DNA of 47,420 bases, taken from positions 1 through 47,420 of IMG/VR virus record IMGVR_UViG_3300049728_000011, one strand, 5' to 3'. Under the pieces are notes generated by a model, which saw only the letters and a list, made by a program, of their open reading frames with translations, searched no databases and was not told the DNA's origin. Below, piece after piece: positions 25,006 to 33,047 of this stretch (position 1 is the first letter of the stretch; each line of letters begins with the position of its first letter). Position numbers and translations under genes: made by a program. Source of the stretch: a virus.

Positions 25006-26196
25006 ATGTCTATTCCAGTAGCCGTGCATTCGAAGTTGTCATTCTCATCACGCAGGCGTTGGCGTAATTGCCCGGAAAGCGTACAAATGTCGGTCGGTTT
25101 TTCAGATGTATCAGGCACTGCCGCGCTAGAAGGTACGATTGCGCATACCGTTGCCGAATTTTATGTGCGCCAAAAGTTTAGTTTGGAGGGTGCCGCAAGT
25201 GGGGAAGCGCCGCTGCAAGCGCCGCCTGTCGACTTAGACCTGAAGGGTAAATCCGTCGAGGATTGGAACGCAGAACTACGCAAACACGGCAAGGCTTATG
25301 CCGAGTTTATCCAGTCGTTGATCCCCGCAGGCTATCAAGGGTTTGTCACGATTGAAAAGAAAGTAGCCATCCCGTCAATTTCGGATCAGTTGTTCGGTAC
25401 GGCCGATTGCATCGTCTGGGTGCCTGCGCATCATTTACTGATCGTCGTTGATTACAAATACGGGTTTGAAGATGTAGCTTGCGGCGACGCGGAAGACACA
25501 AACCCGCAACTTGCAGCTTATCTTGTCGCCGCTGCCGAAACGTTCGAACTCGACCCTGTACGCATGATGGTTGCAGTATTTCAGCCGCGTCGCGTCATCG
25601 GCATGGCCGGGCAAGCGCTGGAACTCCCCGCCGATTGGCTGCAACGCGAGCGCTTGCTACTAGCGCAAGAAGTGCAGCACACGCAATTACCCGGTGAACC
25701 CGTTGCAGGTGAACATTGCCGTTACTGTCGCGCAAAAGCGGCTTGTCCACGCACCCACGAAGCCGTCGCAGGTGCCCTGAATAATTACGCGGGACTGCGC
25801 AGCCTACACGATATGACCGACGATGAAGTTGTGCAGTTGTGGGCGGCGCGCACCGCATTTAAATCGTTTTGGGAAGACGTCGGACAGCGCATCGAGAACT
25901 TAGCCAAAACGGGCCACCCTGCGATTCAAATTACGACCAAGCCGGGGCGGCGCATGTGGCGGGATGAAAAAGAAGTCGCGCTTACTTTGCTCGCTTACGG
26001 TATGCATGACTTGCTAGAACCTAAAGCATTGTCTGAAGTGTACGACCGCCTGCCCGCAGGATTGCGCGACACGTTGATCAAACGCTCGGCAGATCAAAAG
26101 TCCGTGAAATTGGTTGCGCCCGGTGCGCCTTCTGAAGTTGCAAAATTGTTTAAACAGTACTCAAATATTATTGACCAAAGTGTAAAACTTGATTAA
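25006..26196 (+). CDS. PD-(D/E)XK nuclease, Cas4-like (DUF2800-like), with a four-Cys cluster
   Basis: N-terminal SSRRRWRNCPES and EGTIAHT motifs, and C-terminal CRYCRAKAAC. It is the first gene rightward of hub copy B. Confidence 0.85.
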   Translation: MSIPVAVHSKLSFSSRRRWRNCPESVQMSVGFSDVSGTAALEGTIAHTVAEFYVRQKFSLEGAASGEAPLQAPPVDLDLKGKSVEDWNAELRKHGKAYAEFIQSLIPAGYQGFVTIEKKVAIPSISDQLFGTADCIVWVPAHHLLIVVDYKYGFEDVACGDAEDTNPQLAAYLVAAAETFELDPVRMMVAVFQPRRVIGMAGQALELPADWLQRERLLLAQEVQHTQLPGEPVAGEHCRYCRAKAACPRTHEAVAGALNNYAGLRSLHDMTDDEVVQLWAARTAFKSFWEDVGQRIENLAKTGHPAIQITTKPGRRMWRDEKEVALTLLAYGMHDLLEPKALSEVYDRLPAGLRDTLIKRSADQKSVKLVAPGAPSEVAKLFKQYSNIIDQSVKLD

Positions 26197-26260
26197 TATT
26201 GAACTATCCGTAACGACGGATTTATTGAAGTGTTTATTAACTTAATCTAAAGGTTTTCTC

Positions 26261-26956
26261 ATGTCTATCACTGATCACGTTGCTATTTTGGCTAACTCCG
26301 CTTTGGCTACTCCGTTGCCAAACAAACTGAAAGACGGCCACCCGCTCGAACATTTTGCCTTGTTAGCCTTTGCCCCCGATGCACAATCTGATTTGCTCGC
26401 GATGATCACCGAACGTGCTACTGCATCGTTTGGTGCGCTACACCCGGATATCAGCTTGTCAGTAGAAACAAACACATCCCGCAAGAAACCATTGCCCGGC
26501 ATTCCTAGCGACTGGCTCGTCGTGCGGGGCGTGTCACGTTTTGCCCCAGAAATTTACGGCGCAGACGGCCTGCAAATTGCCATCACACCTGAAAGCGCAA
26601 ATGCGATTCGCCAAATGTTCTATGCAGGTCGTCGTGTGCGCGTCACACTGGCGGCGTGGGCTTGGTCGCACCCGTCCGGCAAGCGCGGCATTTCATTTAA
26701 CCTGAATGGCATCATGGACGCAGGCCCCGGGGAACGTTTGCCAATTGGTAACAACTCTGGTGCTGCGTTTGCAGGCCACGCACAGCAAGGGCAGGCAGCG
26801 CCGCAGCAACCCGCAGCTGCTAGCCCGTTCGGTACGCAGCAAGCCGCACCGCAACAGGTAGCGGCTAATCCGTTTGGCGGCGCACAACAGGCAGCAGCTA
26901 ACCCTTTTGCGCAAGCGGCCAACGCGCCGCAATCAGCAAACCCGTTCGCCAAGTAG
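26261..26956 (+). CDS. ssDNA-binding-like protein (DUF2815-like) with a Q/A/P-rich (A/S)NPF(G/A) repeat tail
   Basis: The GRRVRVTLAAWAWSH..GKRGISFNLNG pattern recalls DUF2815 (from memory). It pairs with the DUF2800-like nuclease as in many phage replication modules. Confidence 0.75.
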   Translation: MSITDHVAILANSALATPLPNKLKDGHPLEHFALLAFAPDAQSDLLAMITERATASFGALHPDISLSVETNTSRKKPLPGIPSDWLVVRGVSRFAPEIYGADGLQIAITPESANAIRQMFYAGRRVRVTLAAWAWSHPSGKRGISFNLNGIMDAGPGERLPIGNNSGAAFAGHAQQGQAAPQQPAAASPFGTQQAAPQQVAANPFGGAQQAAANPFAQAANAPQSANPFAK

Positions 26957-26988
26957 TCCAGTACATTCATCCGGACGACATACCGTAA

Positions 26989-27022
26989 CAACAACCCGCT
27001 TCGGCGGGTTGTTGCGTTTGTG
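26989..27022 (+). terminator. Intrinsic terminator candidate after the SSB-like gene
   Basis: CAACAACCCGC-TTCG-GCGGGTTGTTG hairpin followed by the weak T-tract CGTTTGTG. Confidence 0.55.
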
Positions 27023-27051
27023 CGACGTGTATATTTATTTACGAAAAGGGC

Positions 27052-27080
27052 TTTACTTTGCCCTTACGTTAGCTTAATAT
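27052..27080 (+). promoter_or_regulatory. Sigma70-type promoter TTTACT-17-TAATAT (cassette copy 3)
   Basis: The -35 is at 27052-27057 and the -10 at 27075-27080. It lies inside the 70-nt cassette 27037-27106. Confidence 0.5.
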
Positions 27081-27111
27081 ACCTACATCGACAAACGAAA
27101 CGGAGACTGAG

Positions 27112-27267
27112 ATGAAACAACGTATGTATCATGTAGTTGCGATCAACGAAAAGTCGGGGAAGAAGGTCGTTGTTACTGGATACCCAATGACACACCAAGA
27201 ATGCTGCATTCTCCTATCTAAGCTCACTCCCCACCCCGCACGTCGCTTGCAGCTTGAGGAAGTTTAA
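27112..27267 (+). CDS. Hypothetical 51-aa protein
   Basis: My own translation gives MKQRMYHVVAINEKSGKKVVVTGYPMTHQECCILLSKLTPHPARRLQLEEV. GGAGA lies 6 nt upstream, and it is the first gene behind promoter-cassette copy 3. Confidence 0.5.
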   Translation: MKQRMYHVVAINEKSGKKVVVTGYPMTHQECCILLSKLTPHPARRLQLEEV

Positions 27268-27273
27268 TCAACC

Positions 27274-27287
27274 GGGGCTTCGGCCCC
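27274..27287 (+). other. Stable GGGGC-TTCG-GCCCC tetraloop hairpin after the 51-aa ORF
   Basis: Seen directly in the sequence. There is no T-tract, so it may be an RNA stability or processing element rather than a terminator. Confidence 0.4.
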
Positions 27288-27318
27288 TAACCGCGCAACT
27301 AGATAGATGGAGATGGAA

Positions 27319-27681
27319 ATGAACGCAAATATAAAACTTCCTTTAATTGGGATGAAAAATGGTGTTTATCCTGAAAGTGAATGGTATGCAAGCACAGAAG
27401 AGTCTTGTGCCTATTCTGAAAGTGCGCCAATTGTTGATTCATCTGGTGAAACGGTTTTGTTAGTTGTGAATGCTGGTGATTTTTATCCTAGTGATTCAAA
27501 AGAGATTGCTGCAAGAGTGGAATTTGTTTTGCGTGCCTGCAACAGCCACGATGCGCTGGTGAAGGCGTTGGAAGAAATACGCGACATGGAAAACGAGCGC
27601 AACGAGTGGGACGGCGTTGAACGAGTCATGCCAGCAATGCGTGATATTGCTCGTGCTGCCCTTGCCGCTGCAACTGCCTAA
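27319..27681 (+). CDS. Hypothetical protein
   Basis: The in-frame starts are 27307, 27313 and 27319. ATG 27319 sits 6 nt after GGAG in the motif GATAGATGGAG, which recurs before 27707. Confidence 0.65.
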   Translation: MNANIKLPLIGMKNGVYPESEWYASTEESCAYSESAPIVDSSGETVLLVVNAGDFYPSDSKEIAARVEFVLRACNSHDALVKALEEIRDMENERNEWDGVERVMPAMRDIARAALAAATA

Positions 27682-27706
27682 CCCTACCTGATAGATGGAG
27701 CGCGAG

Positions 27707-27860
27707 ATGAAAAGAAAAATGGCTTGCAGAAATCAGAATCAAAGATTGGTGCGCGCCTTTACCAGATGGCGGAAGAGTGTTTGATTATGAAGAGGTGTAC
27801 GCATTGGAACGCGAACTGCGCCGGGTTTGTGAACTGGTTGAACAGGAGCTGAACAAATGA
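27707..27860 (+). pseudogene. Small ORF whose RBS-linked ATG is out of frame (+1) with the protein-like reading frame
   Basis: ATG 27707 has GGAG 6 nt upstream and opens a 25-codon frame. The +1 frame, entered after the A-run at 27715-27719, reads KEKWLAEIRIKDW...ERELRRVCELVEQELNK and ends in an ATGA overlap with rusA. Confidence 0.3.
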
Positions 27861-28216
27861 ACACGACTACGCTAACGCTGCCATTCCCTCCCTCACTGAA
27901 CCGGCTTTATCGGGCAGTGTATGGTCGGGTGTTACTGTCCAATGCGGCTAGGGCGTGGTGTATCGCGGCAAAAAACAAGCTGCCATCTGGCAAGGTCGAG
28001 CCATTAACCGGAAGGTTGGACGTTATGATTGAATTGCTGCCGCCGAAGCGCCTGCAAGGCAAAGCGTGGGACATCGCGAACAGAGAGAAAGTGTTGTGTG
28101 ATTTGCTGACCGAACAGCGTATCTGGTTAGATGACTCACAAATTGACCGCATCTTGATCATTAGAGGCGCGCCAGTAAACGAAGGTGCGGCAGTTGTTCA
28201 CATAAGGGAGTTGTAA
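27857..28216 (+). CDS. rusA: RusA-family Holliday junction resolvase
   Basis: Contains LPFPPSLNRLYR, DIANREKVLCDLL and WLDDSQI motifs typical of RusA. 119 aa. Confidence 0.88.
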   Translation: MNTTTLTLPFPPSLNRLYRAVYGRVLLSNAARAWCIAAKNKLPSGKVEPLTGRLDVMIELLPPKRLQGKAWDIANREKVLCDLLTEQRIWLDDSQIDRILIIRGAPVNEGAAVVHIREL

Positions 28217-28217
28217 G

Positions 28218-28364
28218 ATGGATACGTTTTGGCAAATATTTGGTGCGTTTGTTACGACCTTCGTAATGGGCGTCGTCATCGGTGGGTGGTTGTTCATCTT
28301 CGACGTGTTGCCAAAGGTGACAAGCTGGATTAAATCACTGGCACGCTGCAATAGCCGCAAGTAG
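28218..28364 (+). CDS. Possible 48-aa single-pass membrane peptide
   Basis: My own translation gives MDTFWQIFGAFVTTFVMGVVIGGWLFIFDVLPKVTSWIKSLARCNSRK. GGGAG lies 7 nt upstream. It overlaps the convergent o-spanin 3' end by 30 nt. Confidence 0.35.
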   Translation: MDTFWQIFGAFVTTFVMGVVIGGWLFIFDVLPKVTSWIKSLARCNSRK

Positions 28365-28601
28365 CTGCCCTTCGTAAGTGATTCGTTGTTCCAGTTCGGC
28401 CAGCACCGCCCGGCCTTTTGTGTACACATCTGCGCTGGGTTGTATCGCATCAAGCGCCCATTGCGGAATCGGTACGGGTTCTATCTTGCAAGCAACTGCA
28501 ACGGGGACTTTTACCTCGACCGGGTCGTGGACGATAGTGGGCTGCGCAACACAACCAGTCAGAGCTAACACCATCAGCGCATGATAGATTTTACCTATCA
28601 T
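28335..28601 (-). CDS. o-spanin (Rz1-like outer-membrane lipoprotein)
   Basis: Signal sequence with the lipobox LTGC. It is a separate gene overlapping the i-spanin by 4 nt, at the end of the lysis cassette. Confidence 0.8.
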   Translation of the reverse strand: MIGKIYHALMVLALTGCVAQPTIVHDPVEVKVPVAVACKIEPVPIPQWALDAIQPSADVYTKGRAVLAELEQRITYEGQLLAAIAACQ

Positions 28602-29029
28602 TTGCGCACCTTGATAGTTTCGTTAATCAAGTCATCCAACGACGCGCACGCGTTGCCGGGTTTGCTCGGCGTTTTAGCTAATGTGCGTTGCGCTGTCGTG
28701 TAGCCCTTCTGCGCGGCGATTTGTGCCTGTGCTTGCGCTTGTGCTACCTGCTTTGTCTTGGCAGCATCAGCGGCTTTCAGCGCGTCTATGGAGGCGTTCT
28801 GCTTGGCTATCGTGGCGCTAAATGCGTCGTTTGCATCTTTTAACGCGTTGGCCGAAGCTACGGCGCGTTCTGCGCGCCTGTTTGCCGTGTCTAGTTCATG
28901 TTCTAGGCTTGACACCTCAATAGCATGCGCAGCGTACAAACCCGCACAAATTGTCACAAACGCAGCAGCGCCAATGATCTTTAATTTTGTGCCGACTGCA
29001 AGCCCGGCAAAACTAGTTAGGATAGACAT
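28598..29029 (-). CDS. i-spanin (Rz-like)
   Basis: N-terminal transmembrane segment followed by an Ala/Gln/Lys-rich coiled-coil-like region. It lies between the endolysin and the o-spanin. Confidence 0.8.
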   Translation of the reverse strand: MSILTSFAGLAVGTKLKIIGAAAFVTICAGLYAAHAIEVSSLEHELDTANRRAERAVASANALKDANDAFSATIAKQNASIDALKAADAAKTKQVAQAQAQAQIAAQKGYTTAQRTLAKTPSKPGNACASLDDLINETIKVRK

Positions 29030-29532
29030 TATTCACCTCGACATGCGGCACGTTCTGCGCGCCGCCGTTTCATTAACCCGCTACAGTTACTTTCCGCAAC
29101 GGAACAATCGCGGCGCGGGTTCCCCGTGTATTTATAGCGCAGATATTGGTCACATGCTTCTGGAAATTGTTTGTTGCCGTACATGACACGCAAGGTTGAG
29201 TTCTTGTACGTTTGTACGCCTAAGTTATAAGCGAAATCCACAGCGGCAATCTTTTGCCCGTCCGTCAGCGTGTCGAAATCCAATGTAGAGTTGCGCACCG
29301 CAACAGCGTAGTCTGCAAGACGGTCGGAGAGCAATTGCTTGCACTCGTCCAGCGTGTAGCGCCGCATTGGTACTTCAGTATCGCCATAGCAAACAGTTTG
29401 CACGTTTGCACCTAGCTTGTCGTTGTACGGTTTAAGCGAAACGCCTTCATTTGAGCCAGTCAGCGCAACAGCTAACACCGCAGCAGCGGGCCCGATCACT
29501 GCGGCCAGTTTAGCTTTGTCAGCTAGTGCCAT
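29029..29532 (-). CDS. SAR endolysin (GH24 lysozyme)
   Basis: N-terminal weakly hydrophobic AKLAAVIGPAAAVLAVALTG, followed by the NEGVSLKPYND catalytic E-x8-D signature. Confidence 0.9.
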   Translation of the reverse strand: MALADKAKLAAVIGPAAAVLAVALTGSNEGVSLKPYNDKLGANVQTVCYGDTEVPMRRYTLDECKQLLSDRLADYAVAVRNSTLDFDTLTDGQKIAAVDFAYNLGVQTYKNSTLRVMYGNKQFPEACDQYLRYKYTGNPRRDCSVAESNCSGLMKRRRAERAACRGE

Positions 29533-29836
29533 GAGTATTCTCGTTGACAGTCACAGTCACAGTAACTGGGGCGTCTTGTGCAGTAGTAGCGCTTGGTGGT
29601 AAGGCATTACGGATGTCGCGGTTGGTTCGCCAAGGTTTATACAGGCGATCCCGGATCAACACAAAGAGCTGTACCAGCGTGTAGACGATTGTTAGAATTA
29701 ACACCCAATCGCTCAAAGGAACGCCGAGAAAGTGCGTTACGCCTGCCACGGCTGCGGGAGTTGCAACGCGTGCGGCCTGTTCGCCAACATCCTGCGCAGT
29801 ACTCATATCAGCCCCTTTATCGTAGAAAAAATGCAT
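29519..29836 (-). CDS. Holin (pinholin candidate) with two possible starts
   Basis: Two hydrophobic segments, and the gene overlaps the endolysin start. The in-frame ATGs are at 29836 (MHFFYDKGAD) and 29806 (MSTAQ). Confidence 0.7.
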   Translation of the reverse strand: MHFFYDKGADMSTAQDVGEQAARVATPAAVAGVTHFLGVPLSDWVLILTIVYTLVQLFVLIRDRLYKPWRTNRDIRNALPPSATTAQDAPVTVTVTVNENTHGTS

Positions 29837-30026
29837 GTTTGCCGCTCCTGTCGTTGCTGGATGGCCCTAGGTTAGCAGGTCTGCGCCTCGCTGGCTCAAT
29901 TGTAACACCTTGTTACTATCAGGGAAAACCTGAGTACACATACCGCTGAGTATGGTTGTTTTATGTTGTTTTTGCAATATATCTGTGGCAATGGCTACAA
30001 CAGTAAGCAGCCGCGAAACGAGACGT

Positions 30027-30407
30027 TCACAGCGGGTACGTAGGCCAAGCCACGGAAGCAGGGAAGCCGCTTTGCGCAGGTACGTTGCGCAGTGATGTTC
30101 GATAGGCTTGCAAGCTTGTGTATTGCGCCGCCGTGAGCGTCGTCTCATCGGATTCGTCCAGTTGATCGCGGTGCCGCTGCACTAACCAGTCGGTATCCGC
30201 GACTAACGCATCGCGTTGCTCTCGTACATCTTGCGCACTAGGCGTCGTCGCAGCGGGGGCGGCGAAACTGACACCATCGTACAGGTAGCCAACTTGCACT
30301 GTATCTGCGCAAGACACCCACGTTAACGCGGGGTTGAATGGAGGGAACGGGTCAGCGCTGAGTATTTCCGCTACGACGCCATTATCAATGCGAGCTTTTG
30401 TTACCAT
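30027..30407 (-). CDS. Tail fibre assembly chaperone
   Basis: C-terminal DTDWLVQRHRDQ...YRTSLRNVPAQSGFPASVAWP pattern typical of tail fibre assembly proteins. It lies directly downstream of the fibre gene. Confidence 0.75.
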   Translation of the reverse strand: MVTKARIDNGVVAEILSADPFPPFNPALTWVSCADTVQVGYLYDGVSFAAPAATTPSAQDVREQRDALVADTDWLVQRHRDQLDESDETTLTAAQYTSLQAYRTSLRNVPAQSGFPASVAWPTYPL

Positions 30408-30416
30408 GATTTACCT

Positions 30417-32342
30417 CTATGCATATTCGTAGACAATAACAAACCCAGAACCACCAACCCCTCCGACCCCCGCCGTTGACGCAATACTAACCGCACCGCT
30501 TCCACCGCTGCCTGAATTGTTAGCACCTGCTGCGCCTGCGCTCGTCGTAGAAGCGAGCCCGATGCCACCCCCACCCAGAGACGTGCATCCGCCTGCGCCA
30601 GACATCGTGCCGCCGGCGGAAGCATACACGGTCAAGAATCCGGGTTGACCGTACAGATTAAGATCGCCGCCAACGCCGACCGAGCTAGCACCACCTGAGT
30701 ACGCCGCACTTGTTGCAGTCGAACCCGCGCCGCCGCCCCCACCCGGTGCAGAAGAGTGCGAACCGAACGATGAAGTGCCACCTGTGCCTCCCGCACCGCC
30801 TGTGTTGGCACCAGCGGTGCCACCTGCGCCAATCGTAATAGTTTCGGAAGTCAGCAAACTAGCAGAAAGCAGTTTTTGCCGCGAGTAACTGCCCGACGCG
30901 CCACCACCACCCCCGCCGTTAATAGCTGCCACACCTCCACCACCTCCACCACCACCCCACACTTCGGTAATCACATAAGAAGGGTTGTTAGTAGCTTTAG
31001 TGTAGGACGGGTTTGCAACGGTCTGCGTGCCAGATTGCGAACCCGTTGTATTGATCGCAGTGCCGCCCGGTGTTGTAGAAATGTTCGAGGTCGTACCAGA
31101 CGGGCTTAGTACGTAATAAGTCGTACCCGCCGTAATGCCCGTTGGGAGTGCGCCCGTGGTCGAAAAGACAATAGGTGCGTTTGCACGGGGCAGCGCCGAT
31201 GAAGACGAGTAAGTTATCACACCCGGTGAAGCAATACTAATCGTGACCGTTTGCGCGACGACCGAATAATAGATAGTGTTGATAAGTCGCCCGCTTTGGC
31301 TACCAACACCCGTCGCAGGGTTCAACATAACCATTGCGCCGGTGGTGGGGTTGTACGCAAACGTGCAAGGATAACCCGCTGCGGGGATGTCGCCCGCCGC
31401 CAGTGCGGCGTTGTTGCCCTTTGTGACGTTGTACGTAACTGCGGAAGCACTGCCCAGCGTCAACGCAAGCGTGACTGTCGTGCTTGTATTTGCCGCAGTT
31501 GCGACGACTGTAAATTCCTGCCCACTCGCAATTGTGTTAGGGCTAAATGGCAGTGAAGCCGTCAGCGCGTTAGCAGTGCCTCCTGCTGTAGCAGTCCACA
31601 ACGCACCGCTCGTGACTTGTTGCGCTTGCGGATATTGTGTCGGTGTTGTGGCGGGTGCGGTAGACTTCGCATCTTGCACGATGTTGGTTCCATCGCCGCG
31701 CACTGATTGCACACCTGCTTGCAAGTACACACCTGTACCCGTCGCAGTGTTGAGCAACAGTGTGAACGTCACCATCGCGGTGTTGTTAATGATGGTCCAC
31801 TCGTACACCCACGCAGGGAGTGTTACGGTCGTGTTAGCACTTAACGTACCAGTCAGGATCAGTATCTTCTTCGCAGCCTGCACAGGGCGCACGGTGATCG
31901 CTGTTGACGACACGGAGATACTTGCCGCGCCATAGGTGTAGCCCGGCGTCCAGTTCGCTGCGGTGCCGTCAGTCGCATCTGGGTTTGTGACGTTGTTGTC
32001 TACCGTGTTTAACCAATCGCCGGTATTGTCTAGGCGTAACAACTTCGCGCCGTTAGCATACCCGCCGATATACGAACTTGCGGCAAACGTTGCGTCGTAC
32101 TGATAGAAGTTTCCGCCCATGACCCACCACGCAATCGAAGCGATCTGATTGATTGCGCCGTTAAAGTCTTCCAGTTGTGGCGGTACACCGCCCGACTCTG
32201 GCGGTTGCCCGGTCAGCGGAGGAAAGCCTAGCGACTGACTAGCGCGGGTGGCGTCCGTAGTTGTAACCGGGACGTTGACTTTCGAACTATCGTTCTGCGC
32301 GAACGGTACGTAAATTTTACTCGGCGCGTTTGATTGTTGCAT
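30417..32342 (-). CDS. Tail fibre protein with a glycine-rich C-terminal domain
   Basis: 641 aa, Thr/Ala/Gly-rich, with poly-Gly runs near the C-terminus. It lies downstream of the baseplate genes. Confidence 0.8.
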   Translation of the reverse strand: MQQSNAPSKIYVPFAQNDSSKVNVPVTTTDATRASQSLGFPPLTGQPPESGGVPPQLEDFNGAINQIASIAWWVMGGNFYQYDATFAASSYIGGYANGAKLLRLDNTGDWLNTVDNNVTNPDATDGTAANWTPGYTYGAASISVSSTAITVRPVQAAKKILILTGTLSANTTVTLPAWVYEWTIINNTAMVTFTLLLNTATGTGVYLQAGVQSVRGDGTNIVQDAKSTAPATTPTQYPQAQQVTSGALWTATAGGTANALTASLPFSPNTIASGQEFTVVATAANTSTTVTLALTLGSASAVTYNVTKGNNAALAAGDIPAAGYPCTFAYNPTTGAMVMLNPATGVGSQSGRLINTIYYSVVAQTVTISIASPGVITYSSSSALPRANAPIVFSTTGALPTGITAGTTYYVLSPSGTTSNISTTPGGTAINTTGSQSGTQTVANPSYTKATNNPSYVITEVWGGGGGGGGVAAINGGGGGGASGSYSRQKLLSASLLTSETITIGAGGTAGANTGGAGGTGGTSSFGSHSSAPGGGGGAGSTATSAAYSGGASSVGVGGDLNLYGQPGFLTVYASAGGTMSGAGGCTSLGGGGIGLASTTSAGAAGANNSGSGGSGAVSIASTAGVGGVGGSGFVIVYEYA

Positions 32343-32351
32343 AGCAAGCCC

Positions 32352-33044
32352 TTAAGCTGTCGGGTTGTTATAAAACGGCCCTTGATTAAAGCCGGTGATG
32401 AAATTCGGGTTAGCGCCACCATTCGCCCCCGCAAAGCCGAACGGTGAATAAGTGTACTGCTGATAGATATATTTTACTGCCATTCCGGCAGGGATAGGAA
32501 ACAAACCCGATTCGATGATCGTGCGTTCGACGTTCGTTGGCGTAAACTCGAAGTGGTATCCTATTTGCATCGGCAGCGCAAGGTCATAGCCGACATAGCA
32601 CTTGCCCCGAGTTCCGAACATGGCGCGCATTAACGCGTTGATACTTGGAACGTCGCAAGAGGCGATATTCGAAGCAGCTTTGACAAGCAGCACCTGCCGG
32701 TAATAACTATCGAGCAAGGCGTAAGCGACTGTGCCGCCTGCTGCGCCATTATAGAATGGGGCTTGGTTAAATGGTTGCCAGTTTGTACCAACTGCTGCGT
32801 TAATGTTAAACCCGAAGTTGTCCCCCGGTACTTGCACTACTTGCACGTAGCGCGATTGACCGAGAATGCGACCCCATATGTCAAGACCAAACCCTTGCGC
32901 CGTAGTGATGTCCCACACGTTAGATAGAAATTGCTCAGTGAACAAGCTAAGATCGACCCATTGGTCGAAACTATCGAGAAGCTGCAACAACGTTGTGGAG
33001 TTACTGTATTGCTTCTGTACAGTCTGCCCGAGATAGTCGCTCAT
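32352..33044 (-). CDS. Baseplate-associated DUF2612-like protein
   Basis: The N-terminal YSNSTTLLQLLDSFDQW...GFGLDIWGRILG pattern recalls DUF2612 (from memory). It sits next to the J-like gene. Confidence 0.7.
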   Translation of the reverse strand: MSDYLGQTVQKQYSNSTTLLQLLDSFDQWVDLSLFTEQFLSNVWDITTAQGFGLDIWGRILGQSRYVQVVQVPGDNFGFNINAAVGTNWQPFNQAPFYNGAAGGTVAYALLDSYYRQVLLVKAASNIASCDVPSINALMRAMFGTRGKCYVGYDLALPMQIGYHFEFTPTNVERTIIESGLFPIPAGMAVKYIYQQYTYSPFGFAGANGGANPNFITGFNQGPFYNNPTA

Positions 33045-33047
33045 GGC

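Noticed and set aside
30417-32342. A diversity-generating retroelement acting on the tail fibre.
   Set aside because: There is no reverse transcriptase anywhere in the genome, and I noticed no template/variable repeat pair near the fibre 3' end.
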